A stretch of 59,500 bases of DNA, counting the filler. It is 6 parts of 6 records of this genome, joined end to end, with 100 filler letters (N's around TTAATTAATTAA, not from the genome) between each part and the next. Parts side by side here need not be neighbours in the genome. Positions count along the whole stretch, not along the records: positions 1 to 17,365 come from SRR31156797_18094; 5 more parts are not named here. One strand, 5' to 3'. The position numbers and the translations under genes are program-made. This document shows, piece by piece, positions 1-9,398 of the stretch; the stretch's first letter is position 1; every line of letters begins with the position of its first letter. The notes below the pieces were generated by a model. The model was not told the DNA's origin. It worked only from the letters and a program-made list of their open reading frames with translations, and searched no databases.

Positions 1-246
1 GCAGAGCCAGCCGTTCTGGTTCCACATATAAGAGGGGATATAGTCTCCCCTCTCGACGAGATCTTTAATCTCGTCCGAGTTCAGGGAGTTGTAGTTGCCG
101 ATCTCCTTTGTTAGATCGGGAGAGGAGTTCCAGGGATACAGCGCCTCTTTGCATGTGGAGATAGCGTTGACTCTGTTATCGGCGCATGTCAGGAAGGACT
201 CTTTCAGGTCCTCCATAGTGATGTGGGTTGCGATGATGCAGGCGTC
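1..246 (-). pseudogene. Fragment of an NAD(P)H-dependent amine dehydrogenase / dihydrodipicolinate-reductase-like (Ord-like) gene; 5' truncated, apparent internal deletion, runs off window start
   Basis: Manual translation of minus strand: DACIIATHITMEDLKESFLTCADNRVNAISTCKEALYPWNSSPDLTKEI|GNYNSL...DYIPSYMWNQNGWLC; no Rossmann N-terminus upstream; absent from ORF track. Confidence 0.55.
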
Positions 247-290
247 GCCCTTATTGTTCTTACATCTAGGATCTACGGTTTCACTTGACC

Positions 291-342
291 ATCCAACCGC
301 GGGCAAAAAAGCCACGGGGCATCTCTCCCGGTATCGAATCAA
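291..342. repeat. Partial copy of intergenic repeat also at 8916-8964 (direct orientation)
   Basis: ATCCAACCGC.GGCAAA...GCATCTCTC.C.GTATCGAATCAA; 43 of 49 aligned positions identical plus a 3-nt indel (manual alignment). Confidence 0.75.
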
Positions 343-480
343 AGTACAGTTTTGCGGAGTAGTGATCGGTTTGAGAGCGACCTCTTTGGATATATAGAGA
401 AACAGCGCTGTAGATCCCAATCGTAACGAATCAGTCGTCTTTTATCGCAGGAGTGCTCGATAGCGGGCGGAATGGTTCCG

Positions 481-1740
481 CTAGGATTTCCCATTGAACT
501 CCTTAACAGCATTGAATAGGGCCAGGATATTCTCAATGGGAATCATGGACTGGATATTGTGTCCGGGATTGAAGAAATATCCTCCCTTATTACTGAAAAT
601 CTCTAGATTTTTCAATGTGGCTGCACGAACCTCCTCAACAGTCCCGAAGGGGAGTATGGATTGTGTATCAATGCCGCCCCCGCAGAAGATAAGATCGTCT
701 CCGAAATTGTCTTTCAGATATTTCGGTTCCATTCCTACTGCGGAAATCTGCACCGGATTAATGATATCAAAGCCCGCTTCAATGATACCGGGTAGTAGGG
801 GTGCTATGGCTCCGCAGGAATGCTTGAAGGTCTTCCAGGACGTGTTTTCATGGATCCAATCATTCATTTTCCGGTAGTAAGGGAGGTAGAGGGATCTGAA
901 CTGCTCCAGTGAAAGAAATTGATTGCTCTGAGTTCCGAAATCAGTACCGCAAATGAAAATGGCATCGATAACATCCCCGGCAATTTCATTAACCGTTTTG
1001 AGATTCTGAAGAGCGATATCCGTTTCCTTCTCGAAAACCTCATGAAGGTAATCTTGTCTGATTACAGTGGACATATACCATTCTGCCTCATCCCTGATAC
1101 CTTTGGGATATTTCAGCATCATTCCGGGAACACGGGCGATATCACCCAGACCCGTATCTCCCGTAACGGAGGCATAGACGTATTTGTCAGAATTACGAAG
1201 CTCTTCCGCTCTGGTCTTTAAATGGCTCTTTTCAAGTTCCGAAAGGACTCCGAATTCCTCAAGATTATCTTCTGGATTCAATTCCTCTTCTATTATGGGA
1301 GGCTGACGGACGATTCCATCGAAGTAGAAACTGTCGTGGGGCATTTTTCCACTGGGGGGTACAGACATATCGCCTTGCGGGTAAAGATAGATCGTGCCGT
1401 CAGAATCTTCAGTTGTATTGAACAAACCGGGGACCTGCAGGACCTGCCCCCAGGGGCTTTTCCACTCTTTCCAGTCTTCCAGGGGGAAACCGAATAAGGT
1501 GTTATAGCCAAGAAAACTCTCCGAATCTATTCCCAGAGCATTCTGAAGCTTCTCATCGACCTCTCCCAGCATCTGGAACGGATCTACTACCTTTACAGGG
1601 CTGTCGTCCAGACCCAGTTCTCTCCTGAGCCTGCCAAGGGTTTCCACATGGATACCTGTCACGGGATTGGAGCCCACATCGATGGGTACGGGCCCGGAAC
1701 TGTGGTTAGATGCATTCTTCATTTTTTCTTTACCGTTCAT
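481..1740 (-). CDS. Uroporphyrinogen decarboxylase (URO-D)/MtaA-CmuA-like family protein
   Basis: 419 aa; GTDFGTQ, FKHSCG, GFDIINPVQ, GGGIDTQ.LPFG, HNIQ motifs. Confidence 0.85.
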   Translation of the reverse strand: MNGKEKMKNASNHSSGPVPIDVGSNPVTGIHVETLGRLRRELGLDDSPVKVVDPFQMLGEVDEKLQNALGIDSESFLGYNTLFGFPLEDWKEWKSPWGQVLQVPGLFNTTEDSDGTIYLYPQGDMSVPPSGKMPHDSFYFDGIVRQPPIIEEELNPEDNLEEFGVLSELEKSHLKTRAEELRNSDKYVYASVTGDTGLGDIARVPGMMLKYPKGIRDEAEWYMSTVIRQDYLHEVFEKETDIALQNLKTVNEIAGDVIDAIFICGTDFGTQSNQFLSLEQFRSLYLPYYRKMNDWIHENTSWKTFKHSCGAIAPLLPGIIEAGFDIINPVQISAVGMEPKYLKDNFGDDLIFCGGGIDTQSILPFGTVEEVRAATLKNLEIFSNKGGYFFNPGHNIQSMIPIENILALFNAVKEFNGKS

Positions 1741-1754
1741 TGGGTCTCTCCTTA

Positions 1755-2570
1755 TTATTTCACAGCACCCATTGTTAATCCGGAAACCAGATATTTTCTG
1801 ACCAGGATCCCGAACAGGACGACAGGTATCAGAATTATCATTCCTGCGGCTGCGACTTCACCCCATCGTATTCCGACAAGGGAGATAAATGCATTAATGG
1901 CTACCGGCACAGTCTGGGACCGGGAACCTGATAAGATGAGAGCATAAAAATACTCATTCCAGGAATTGATGAAGATGAACACCATGCAGGCTGCTAATCC
2001 CGGAGATGCGATAGGCAGCACAATGGAGATATAGGCTTTCAGCCTATGGGCTCCGTCAATCCTGGCCGCTTCTTCAAGAGATTTAGGGATCGATTCGAAA
2101 TATCCTTTCATCATCCAGACGACAAAGGATAGATTGAAAGTCGTATAAACGATAATCATGGCCCAACGGGTGTTCAGTAAGCCGATTTTTCTGAAAAAAA
2201 GATAAAACGGTAGAATTACAAGGATAGGAGGCGCCATTCTGGTTGATAGTATCCAAAACGCCAAGTCTTCCTTGTTTTTAAAATTGAAGGCGCTTAAGCT
2301 GTAGGCTGCAGGAAGACCGATAATCATGCTGAGTAAACAGGAGGTTACAGCAATTATAACGCTGTTACCGTATTTTCTGATAAACCCGGCATCCGAGAAT
2401 ATGGCACGATAATTATCTAAAATAGGCTTAAAAATGAATCGGGGCGGATTGGAAAAGCTGTCGACTCTGGTTTTAAAGGATGTCATAAGAAACCACAATG
2501 TCGGTATCATAAAAAGAGCTAGGATAATCCAGGTCAGGACTTGTAAATAAACCGGGTTCTTCTTAACCAT
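1755..2570 (-). CDS. Carbohydrate ABC transporter permease (MalG-type)
   Basis: EAA loop SLEEAARIDGA; multiple TM segments; start moved to MVKKNPV, just after upstream permease stop. Confidence 0.9.
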   Translation of the reverse strand: MVKKNPVYLQVLTWIILALFMIPTLWFLMTSFKTRVDSFSNPPRFIFKPILDNYRAIFSDAGFIRKYGNSVIIAVTSCLLSMIIGLPAAYSLSAFNFKNKEDLAFWILSTRMAPPILVILPFYLFFRKIGLLNTRWAMIIVYTTFNLSFVVWMMKGYFESIPKSLEEAARIDGAHRLKAYISIVLPIASPGLAACMVFIFINSWNEYFYALILSGSRSQTVPVAINAFISLVGIRWGEVAAAGMIILIPVVLFGILVRKYLVSGLTMGAVK

Positions 2571-2574
2571 TGCG

Positions 2575-3462
2575 TCATTCCTTATTTCCAAAGATTCTTT
2601 TAATAAAAAATTGAGATATAAAAATAACGGAAAACAGCATGATGATTCCCAAAGCGGAAGAGTAACCCATGTTAAGATGTTTGAACGCTGTGATATAACC
2701 GTATAGACTCCAGGTTTCCGTAGATATTCCGGGCCCCCCTTTTGTGACGACGGCGATGGTGTCAAACCATTTAAAGGCATCCATAAACCGGAATACCGAA
2801 ACAATCAGAATGAAAGGTTCCAGATACGGAAGGGTTATATACCTGAAGTCTTGAATGGCGTTGGCTCCGTCAATGGCGGAAGCTTCGTAGAGTGAGCCGG
2901 GAATGCTCTGCAGGCCAGCCATAAGAACCAGAACCGCAAAAGGAGTCCATTCCCATATGTCTATCAGGATCAGGGCGCCCATCGCTTCTCCGGGAACTCC
3001 CAGCCAGTTTTGCGCTTCCAGCCCCAGACATTTAATAAAGAAATTTAACAATCCGAACTGGGGATTGAGAATTAGCGTCCAGATAAGAGAGATAACTACG
3101 GGTGTTGAAATCATAGGAATCAATATCAATGATTTCAGCAAAGGCGAACCGAAGACTTTTCTGACTAGCAGCAAAGATATAACCAGCCCGATAAGTAATT
3201 CTGCGACAATAGCGCCCACGCTGAAAGTCAGCGTATTCCTTAAGCCGTTCCAGAATCTTGCGTCCTGGAGAATAGTAATGAAATTTTTAAGACCGATAAA
3301 TTCCTTAGCTGACGCATCCAGTTTATAAGACTGGAGACTGGTAGCTAATGCATACAGGGTTGGGAAAATCGTAATTAGCACGAGAGTGATCATCAAGGGT
3401 AATAGAAGAATCAGAGGAGCGTACTTCGTTTCCAGGCATAGATGATTTTTCAGTTTTTTCAT
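2575..3462 (-). CDS. Carbohydrate ABC transporter permease (MalF-type)
   Basis: LYEASAIDGA EAA motif; DIWEWTPF; TKGGPG. Confidence 0.92.
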   Translation of the reverse strand: MKKLKNHLCLETKYAPLILLLPLMITLVLITIFPTLYALATSLQSYKLDASAKEFIGLKNFITILQDARFWNGLRNTLTFSVGAIVAELLIGLVISLLLVRKVFGSPLLKSLILIPMISTPVVISLIWTLILNPQFGLLNFFIKCLGLEAQNWLGVPGEAMGALILIDIWEWTPFAVLVLMAGLQSIPGSLYEASAIDGANAIQDFRYITLPYLEPFILIVSVFRFMDAFKWFDTIAVVTKGGPGISTETWSLYGYITAFKHLNMGYSSALGIIMLFSVIFISQFFIKRIFGNKE

Positions 3463-3485
3463 TTCTGTTCTCTAATTTCGGATTA

Positions 3486-3521
3486 CATACCGGATGGGAT
3501 GAGAGCATTCCGTCCGGTATG
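3486..3521. terminator. Intergenic stem-loop between solute-binding protein and permease genes (mRNA stabiliser/partial terminator)
   Basis: CATACCGGATGGGATG-AGAG-CATTCCGTCCGGTATG, 16-bp stem with G-U pairs. Confidence 0.6.
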
Positions 3522-3528
3522 AGAATTG

Positions 3529-4794
3529 TTATTTTAGAGAAGCTACCGCTTCATCCATGGCTTCCTGAGCCGGTTCTCCAGTTATGACTCTGTTTAGTGC
3601 GACTCCCAAAACATCGGCAATGGCACCGAATTCGGGAACGCGGGGAAGGTATTCAGCAATAGCAATATCCATGGAAGACACGGTAACATCTATCATTTCA
3701 GGATAATCGTAGGCCGCTTTGTATCTGGGATCGTTCCATGCGGAGCTTCGAGTCAGATCCAGGCGATTGACCTCCAGAGCTGAACGTACCTGAATATCTG
3801 AAGAAGTGGACCATTTTAGAAATTCCCATGCGGCATCTTGATTTTTAGAGAAGCTGGGTATAGCCAGTACTGCAGAATAAATACTGGGAAATGTCCCGGC
3901 CTTTCCCGCAGGAACCATAGCATAACCGATCTGGCCGGTAACTATAGACTCTTTGGGATCTTCGAGGCGGGGACCGAAGTTTGTAGCATCGATAATCATA
4001 GCTGCTATACCCTGCTGCATGGAAAGCTGAACATCGTTCCATGAGAAGTTTCCTGCGCCTGGTGGGCCGTATTCACGAATGAGCTGGGCGAACAGCTCCG
4101 TCCCTTCCACTGATTCGGGAGAGTTAAATACAGGACTTCCCGATTTATCCAGCCATGATCCGCCGAATCCGTAACAGAATCCTGACCAGGGATACCAGTT
4201 AATCCCTCTGCGGCCTCTCATGGCGATGCCATATTGGCCTTTATCCTTATCCGTCAGTTTCTTTGCATATTCCAGCAGTTGTTCCATCGTTTCGGGAGGG
4301 CCGTTCAGTCCGGCCTCTGCAAACATGTTTTTGTTATACATAAGCATTGTGCTTTCGCCATAGAAAGGCATGGCGTAAAGATCTCCGTCTACGGTTGCGG
4401 CATTGACAAATCCACCCAGAATATCCTCCGGCTGGAATGTACTCTTATCTGTTTTTTCGGGATCTTCAATAAAATCACTAAGGGATACCAGCCATCCCGG
4501 TTCCTGGTACTGCGGAACAAGCATATGACCCATCATAACCACATCAAATTCATAGGAAGCTGAGGCAAGTGATAGCTTCACTTTGTCATTTAGCTGATCT
4601 TGAGGAATGTCCTCGATATTGGTATCAATATCCGTTCTTTCCTTGAACTCATCGATAAACACCTTCAATGCATCTACTGCCGGATGCTTTTGGGTCACCA
4701 CATGAATAGATTTGTTCTCTTCCTGAGCTCCTCCTGCCCAGACCGATGGGATGAATAGGCTGAGCAGCATGAAAAGAATACACAAACGTTTCAT
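3529..4794 (-). CDS. Sugar ABC transporter substrate-binding protein (SBP family 1)
   Basis: Signal peptide followed by AGGAQEE; DGDLYAMPFYGES.MLMYNK; GGAGG RBS upstream of ATG at 4794. Confidence 0.92.
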   Translation of the reverse strand: MKRLCILFMLLSLFIPSVWAGGAQEENKSIHVVTQKHPAVDALKVFIDEFKERTDIDTNIEDIPQDQLNDKVKLSLASASYEFDVVMMGHMLVPQYQEPGWLVSLSDFIEDPEKTDKSTFQPEDILGGFVNAATVDGDLYAMPFYGESTMLMYNKNMFAEAGLNGPPETMEQLLEYAKKLTDKDKGQYGIAMRGRRGINWYPWSGFCYGFGGSWLDKSGSPVFNSPESVEGTELFAQLIREYGPPGAGNFSWNDVQLSMQQGIAAMIIDATNFGPRLEDPKESIVTGQIGYAMVPAGKAGTFPSIYSAVLAIPSFSKNQDAAWEFLKWSTSSDIQVRSALEVNRLDLTRSSAWNDPRYKAAYDYPEMIDVTVSSMDIAIAEYLPRVPEFGAIADVLGVALNRVITGEPAQEAMDEAVASLK

Positions 4795-4969
4795 AAATCC
4801 CTCCATTTTCCTTGGAATGCTAATATAAAGTTATGTTAACATGATGGATATTGACCAAGAAATGCAGAGAATTGCTATTGTAATGCAATTATATGCTTTT
4901 ATTTAAAAGAAATTACAATTAAAGTTTGTTTTTATATAGAATAATGTATTTATATGCTGATATAGCTTT

Positions 4970-6259
4970 TTATTGCATCTCTTGAGATTCATGATATTCG
5001 ATGATTTCCATAATCCGGTCAATTGATTCCATTACAGCCCGTCCTGTATGGAAGGCTGATCTCCAAATGTTCAATTCCGGAATAATAGCTGCTCCTTCTC
5101 TGCTGACAAGTTGATGCCATTCACCGGTTTTGGGGTTTATAAAGCTATTGACAGCAAAGTTAAGATTAAGGAGATACGCCTCAATATATTTGCTGTCTCT
5201 CGTCAATTGATAGATATCCAAGAGGCCGACTAGGGCTTCGCATGTCTGCCAGAAATCCTTTTCGTATTTTAAAATGATCCCGTTATGAGTCCCATCTCTA
5301 TAGACTCCCCCGTATTCATGATCAAATCCATGATTCAGGAAATAGTCCGATAGTTTACGAGAGGTCTCTTTAAAATAATCATCAGGATAGCCAAGAACTT
5401 TACCAGCTCGTGTAAGCATCCAGGACAGCTCAATATTTTTTCCATAGGACGTTATGTCGGAAGGCGGTGGAGATAATGTAATGTTCTCTCTGGCCATTTT
5501 CCATGTGTTCTTGACCAGAATCGATGGAATCGGGTTGAAAGAAGGGTCAAACTGGCTATAGACACACATTTCCTTCTTGTTAATCATCTTCTGTATGATC
5601 AGCATGATCAGCTCTTCCAGCTTCCTCCGGTGAATGATACTGTTGGAAGCTTGGTAAAGAGTGGTAAATGCCTCCATCAAGTGAGTATGGTTGTCTACAC
5701 TTTTCCTGTCTCCTCCGGCAATTCCGGATTCGCAGAGGGACCAGTCGCGGTGAAAATACTCATAATACCCACCGTAGAGACTGTCCGTTGCATATACCTG
5801 AAGAGCGTCAAAGGTTTTCTCAGCATATTCGAGAGCTTCCTTATTACCCGATGCCAGATAGTATTGACTCAGGGCAAATATGGCAAATCCCTGCCCGTAG
5901 AGAACTTTTTCATCCTGTAAAACCTGGTGTTTACGGGATAAAAGCCAAAACCAGCCCCCGTATCTTTTATCCCAAAAATGCTTTTTCAGGTAGTCAAACC
6001 CCATGTCAGCAATGTTCAGATACTCTTTCTTATCGGGATAATGTCTAAAATACTCGGAAAAGGCCCATAGCATTCTGGTCTGACTGATAATCAGTCTGTC
6101 CGTATTGTTGTCCCAATTCCCGTCTTCATCAAAACAGGTATGAAATCCACCGTAATCCCTGTCAATTCCGTTGGATACCCAAAACGGAATCATCCTATCT
6201 TCCAGGTAGGAACTCAGATCATTCAGTACCTTGTTCAAAGTGTTGTTTTTAATAATCAT
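4970..6259 (-). CDS. AGE-family epimerase/isomerase (cellobiose 2-epimerase / N-acyl-glucosamine 2-epimerase superfamily), variant active site
   Basis: PFW..GID.DYGG, QTRMLWAFS, HLMEAFT, SYGKNIE (usually YGH.IE), W.SAFHTGR. Confidence 0.85.
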   Translation of the reverse strand: MIIKNNTLNKVLNDLSSYLEDRMIPFWVSNGIDRDYGGFHTCFDEDGNWDNNTDRLIISQTRMLWAFSEYFRHYPDKKEYLNIADMGFDYLKKHFWDKRYGGWFWLLSRKHQVLQDEKVLYGQGFAIFALSQYYLASGNKEALEYAEKTFDALQVYATDSLYGGYYEYFHRDWSLCESGIAGGDRKSVDNHTHLMEAFTTLYQASNSIIHRRKLEELIMLIIQKMINKKEMCVYSQFDPSFNPIPSILVKNTWKMARENITLSPPPSDITSYGKNIELSWMLTRAGKVLGYPDDYFKETSRKLSDYFLNHGFDHEYGGVYRDGTHNGIILKYEKDFWQTCEALVGLLDIYQLTRDSKYIEAYLLNLNFAVNSFINPKTGEWHQLVSREGAAIIPELNIWRSAFHTGRAVMESIDRIMEIIEYHESQEMQ

Positions 6260-6370
6260 ATAAATCCCGTTTGTTTTTATTCTGTAATTTTACAATAACA
6301 TAGAAATCAGTTTATGTATTTAATTGTTGAAAATATGGACAGATTTGCTATTCACGCTTAGTATTGGATT

Positions 6371-7213
6371 ATGGCAAGCTTTATATCCGGCAGCATCAAA
6401 ACACTCTCTGATCTCTTGCAAACCCTTTCAGAGCTATTTCATGTACGCATTTCCCTGCTGGACAAATCGTTTCTTGATAACAGAAAGACTTTCGATCGGC
6501 CAGGGAACTACTGTAGTCTGGTTTGCGATAATCCAAATATGAAGGAGAGCTGTTTCCAGCATGAGGAAGCCGCTTTTGAAGAAACCCTTAACTCGAACCA
6601 AGCTGTTCATCATAGTTGTCAGGGAGGCCTTCACCATATCCTTTTTCCATTGGTTGATCACGAAGAGATGCATGGTATTATTTATCTGTCTGAGATGCGA
6701 ATATTGACCGCACCGCCGGCGGCAGTACTTTTTCTCTGGAATGAGAACAAAGGCAATAAAGAGGAGCTGAGAAAGAGTTTTCTTCGCATTCCTTATTTCC
6801 GGGAGTATGATATCAAGAATCTTTTGCGTCTCCTTACAGATACGAAAAATCTGTTTTTTGCCTCCAGACCGGTAAATGCTGCCCAGCCGAATGACGTAGA
6901 CGATGTTGTAGAGTATATGAGGCATCATTATGAAAAGCATCTGACCCTTACAGACGCTGCCGCTATGATTAACCGCAGCATTTCTCGAACATCACACTTG
7001 TTTTTAGAAAAATACGGTAAAGGATTCAAAGAAATTCAGGCAGGGATCCTGATTGAAAGAACGCACGAAATCATCGACCAGCAATATAACATATCGATAA
7101 AGGATCTTGCCTTGAAGTTGGGGTTTAACGATTCAATCTATTTTTCCAAGTTCTATAAAAAGCAAACAGGGAGTACTCTTTCTCAGTACAAGAAAGAGCT
7201 AAAGGGCCTGTAG
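6371..7213 (+). CDS. PocR ligand-binding domain AraC-family transcriptional regulator
   Basis: N-terminal Cys pattern (YCSLV..SC..SCQGGL); C-terminal LGFNDSIYFSKFYKKQTG HTH; divergent from sugar operon. Confidence 0.85.
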   Translation: MASFISGSIKTLSDLLQTLSELFHVRISLLDKSFLDNRKTFDRPGNYCSLVCDNPNMKESCFQHEEAAFEETLNSNQAVHHSCQGGLHHILFPLVDHEEMHGIIYLSEMRILTAPPAAVLFLWNENKGNKEELRKSFLRIPYFREYDIKNLLRLLTDTKNLFFASRPVNAAQPNDVDDVVEYMRHHYEKHLTLTDAAAMINRSISRTSHLFLEKYGKGFKEIQAGILIERTHEIIDQQYNISIKDLALKLGFNDSIYFSKFYKKQTGSTLSQYKKELKGL

Positions 7214-7849
7214 TCCTTATTCATTCTATCGATAATAAGACAATAAGGAAGCAAATTACAGAATCTTCAAAGAAGACTATATCAAAGCTGCTAAGCTTGC
7301 CTGGGTGTATTCTTAAAATGGAGTTGTTTATTTGGGCACTGCCATTCTGCGCAGGTTATTGCATTTATAGGACGAGATTCCGTAATAGGGGATCTGTCTC
7401 TGCCATCATCATCCGCTATCTGGTCTTTCCTTCTCAGACAGGATGGAATTATTGAAATTGCAAAGCCATGTATGATGACTTAATCCTGTGTTTTCTAAAA
7501 GACGGTTTGAATTCGGCTCCCCGACGGGATAAGGAGTGCTTAGATGGGATACCATTCATAAATGGGGGTAGAATGAGGATTGCATTCTGATCTGATCCAT
7601 GCCCAGGTTATACCATATTCTTGCGAAATCCACTGCTGTGGATGGATTCGATATCCAAGTTGTGGTTGATGCGCTGAATGAGAGGGTGGGAAGAGTAAAT
7701 AGCAGCAAAGAGAGATTAAGATCATAACCTGATTGAATCCTTTGTTTTGTTTGGCCGCTTCTTAAATGCTAACGGAAATTCATTTGTCGCATCAGAGCTC
7801 CAATGGTACAATTATGCATGGATCATATTTTCAGGTAGTGGAGGATGCT

Positions 7850-8620
7850 ATGGAGAAGTATCGAATTTTGGCTGAAGGCGATTCCTGGTTTGATTATCCC
7901 AGAAATTTTGAGCCTTTCGGTAAAGATATAAACATCATCGACCATCTTGATGACGACGACCGCTTCAGAGTTACAAACATCTCATCTAATGGCGATGAAG
8001 CTGTTGAAATGCTTTCGGGAGATGCAAAGATCAAATTAATGGTAAAAGTATCAAAGAAGAAGTATGATATTCTGCTATTCTCCGGTGGGGGAAATGATAT
8101 CGTTGGCAAGGTTGATTTTCCTTTCTTCATAAAACCCTATCAGCACGTTCCTGAAGATGATGATTCCTTCAAAGAATTGATTCATCTAGATCGTTTTGAG
8201 CGTCGAATCCAGCAGATTAAAAATGCTTATATGGATTTAATTGAACTGTCTTACATAGCGGATAAAAGTATCAAAATCGTTACGCATACTTACGATGTTG
8301 CCGTTCCCAGTGCGAAGGGTGCAGAGATCTGGAAAATCTTTAAAACAAAGTCTTGGATGTATCCTTTTTTTAAAGATGAGGGTTATCCTATGATGAAGTC
8401 GTTGATTCCCGGTAAAATTGTGGAATTTATGCTCGTGGAATTTCGAAATGCCATAATGTCGTTATCCGCCGAGTATAATCATTTCTATGCTGTTGATACC
8501 CATGGAATTTTGGATGAGGAAGACTGGTTGAATGAGATTCATCCTACTTCTGAAGGCTTTGCTAAAATAACAAGGCGAGTCGTAAGAGAGGGAATTGAGG
8601 TAGCATTAAATCTAAACTGA
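7850..8620 (+). CDS. SGNH/GDSL hydrolase family protein
   Basis: AEGDSWF (block I), SGGGND (block III), NEIHP (block V); GGAGG RBS before ATG 7850. Confidence 0.8.
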   Translation: MEKYRILAEGDSWFDYPRNFEPFGKDINIIDHLDDDDRFRVTNISSNGDEAVEMLSGDAKIKLMVKVSKKKYDILLFSGGGNDIVGKVDFPFFIKPYQHVPEDDDSFKELIHLDRFERRIQQIKNAYMDLIELSYIADKSIKIVTHTYDVAVPSAKGAEIWKIFKTKSWMYPFFKDEGYPMMKSLIPGKIVEFMLVEFRNAIMSLSAEYNHFYAVDTHGILDEEDWLNEIHPTSEGFAKITRRVVREGIEVALNLN

Positions 8621-8724
8621 TAAAAAGTTTTTACTGTGAATCTCAAAGGATAAAAAATGAAAGGATTAATATTTTAATACTGTATATTAATAATAAAATT
8701 GCTATTAGAAGAGATCAAAAATAA

Positions 8725-8964
8725 GAATACTCCGCTCCAAGGGGGTGGAGTATTCTCATTCGAGTATGAGTCGTACCGGAGCGAAGTGAGGTACAAGCTA
8801 CGATCGCTTCTTTCCGCGGCATCATTCGGGTTATTGAACGAGGCTGACCATAAACTTTGTATGTTGAGTCGGTATCGCTCTTCGCTACGCTGTGGTGCGC
8901 TCCTATCTCTCGCTAATCCAACCGCAGGCAAAGCTTCGGAGCATCTCTCTCTGTATCGAATCAA
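8725..8964. repeat. Structured REP/MITE-like intergenic element
   Basis: Hairpin GAATACTCCGCTCC-AAG-GGGGTGGAGTATTC; complementary GAGCGAAG / CTTCGCT segments; right end repeated at 291-342. Confidence 0.5.
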
Positions 8965-9095
8965 CAACTGCCTTCTGAGAAGGTTTTTGTTAATTTAATG
9001 AACAAGCGAAGACACTTAATCCTTAGAAAAATAATCATAATTCATTAATAGTTGTCTTGCATTAACTTATGAGTTCAGATAACATTCTGAAAAAA

Positions 9096-9252
9096 TAGTT
9101 TCAGGTGTTTGTACATAGGGAAATAGGTCCGAAGCCTATGCGTTATCCAGACACTGTAGCAGAAGAGATCGGAAACACGTAGCCACTGTAGTTACTATGG
9201 GAAGGCGTTTCCGATCGCTTGATTCTGAAGCCAGGAGACCTGCCTGAAACTA
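9096..9252 (+). ncRNA. Cobalamin (B12) riboswitch
   Basis: P1 TAGTTTCAGGT/GCCTGAAACTA; ATAGGGAA, ACACTGTA, GCCACTG...GGGAAGG, B12 box AAGCCAGGAGACCTGCC. Confidence 0.92.
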
Positions 9253-9398
9253 ACAAGTTATTGTTCTCTGGGAGTTGAATGATGATTTCTTGCGACGGAA
9301 CCTTTGCTTCCTCTGCTTCACTAAAACAACGCGAATTCCGTTCTAATTCTCATCAGGTCATGATCACCCGGAGCATTTATCATTCTGGAGGTAGATAA

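Noticed and set aside
95-397. ORF sharing a peptide (PTAGK..HLS.YRI) with ORF 8699-8998
   Set aside because: Similarity comes from the non-coding DNA repeat; the coding signal at 1-246 is on the opposite strand
7513-7530. Possible tRNA 3'-end att site (minus strand ATCCCGTCGGGGAGCC)
   Set aside because: No T-loop or CCA, stem lengths do not fit, and no integrase nearby
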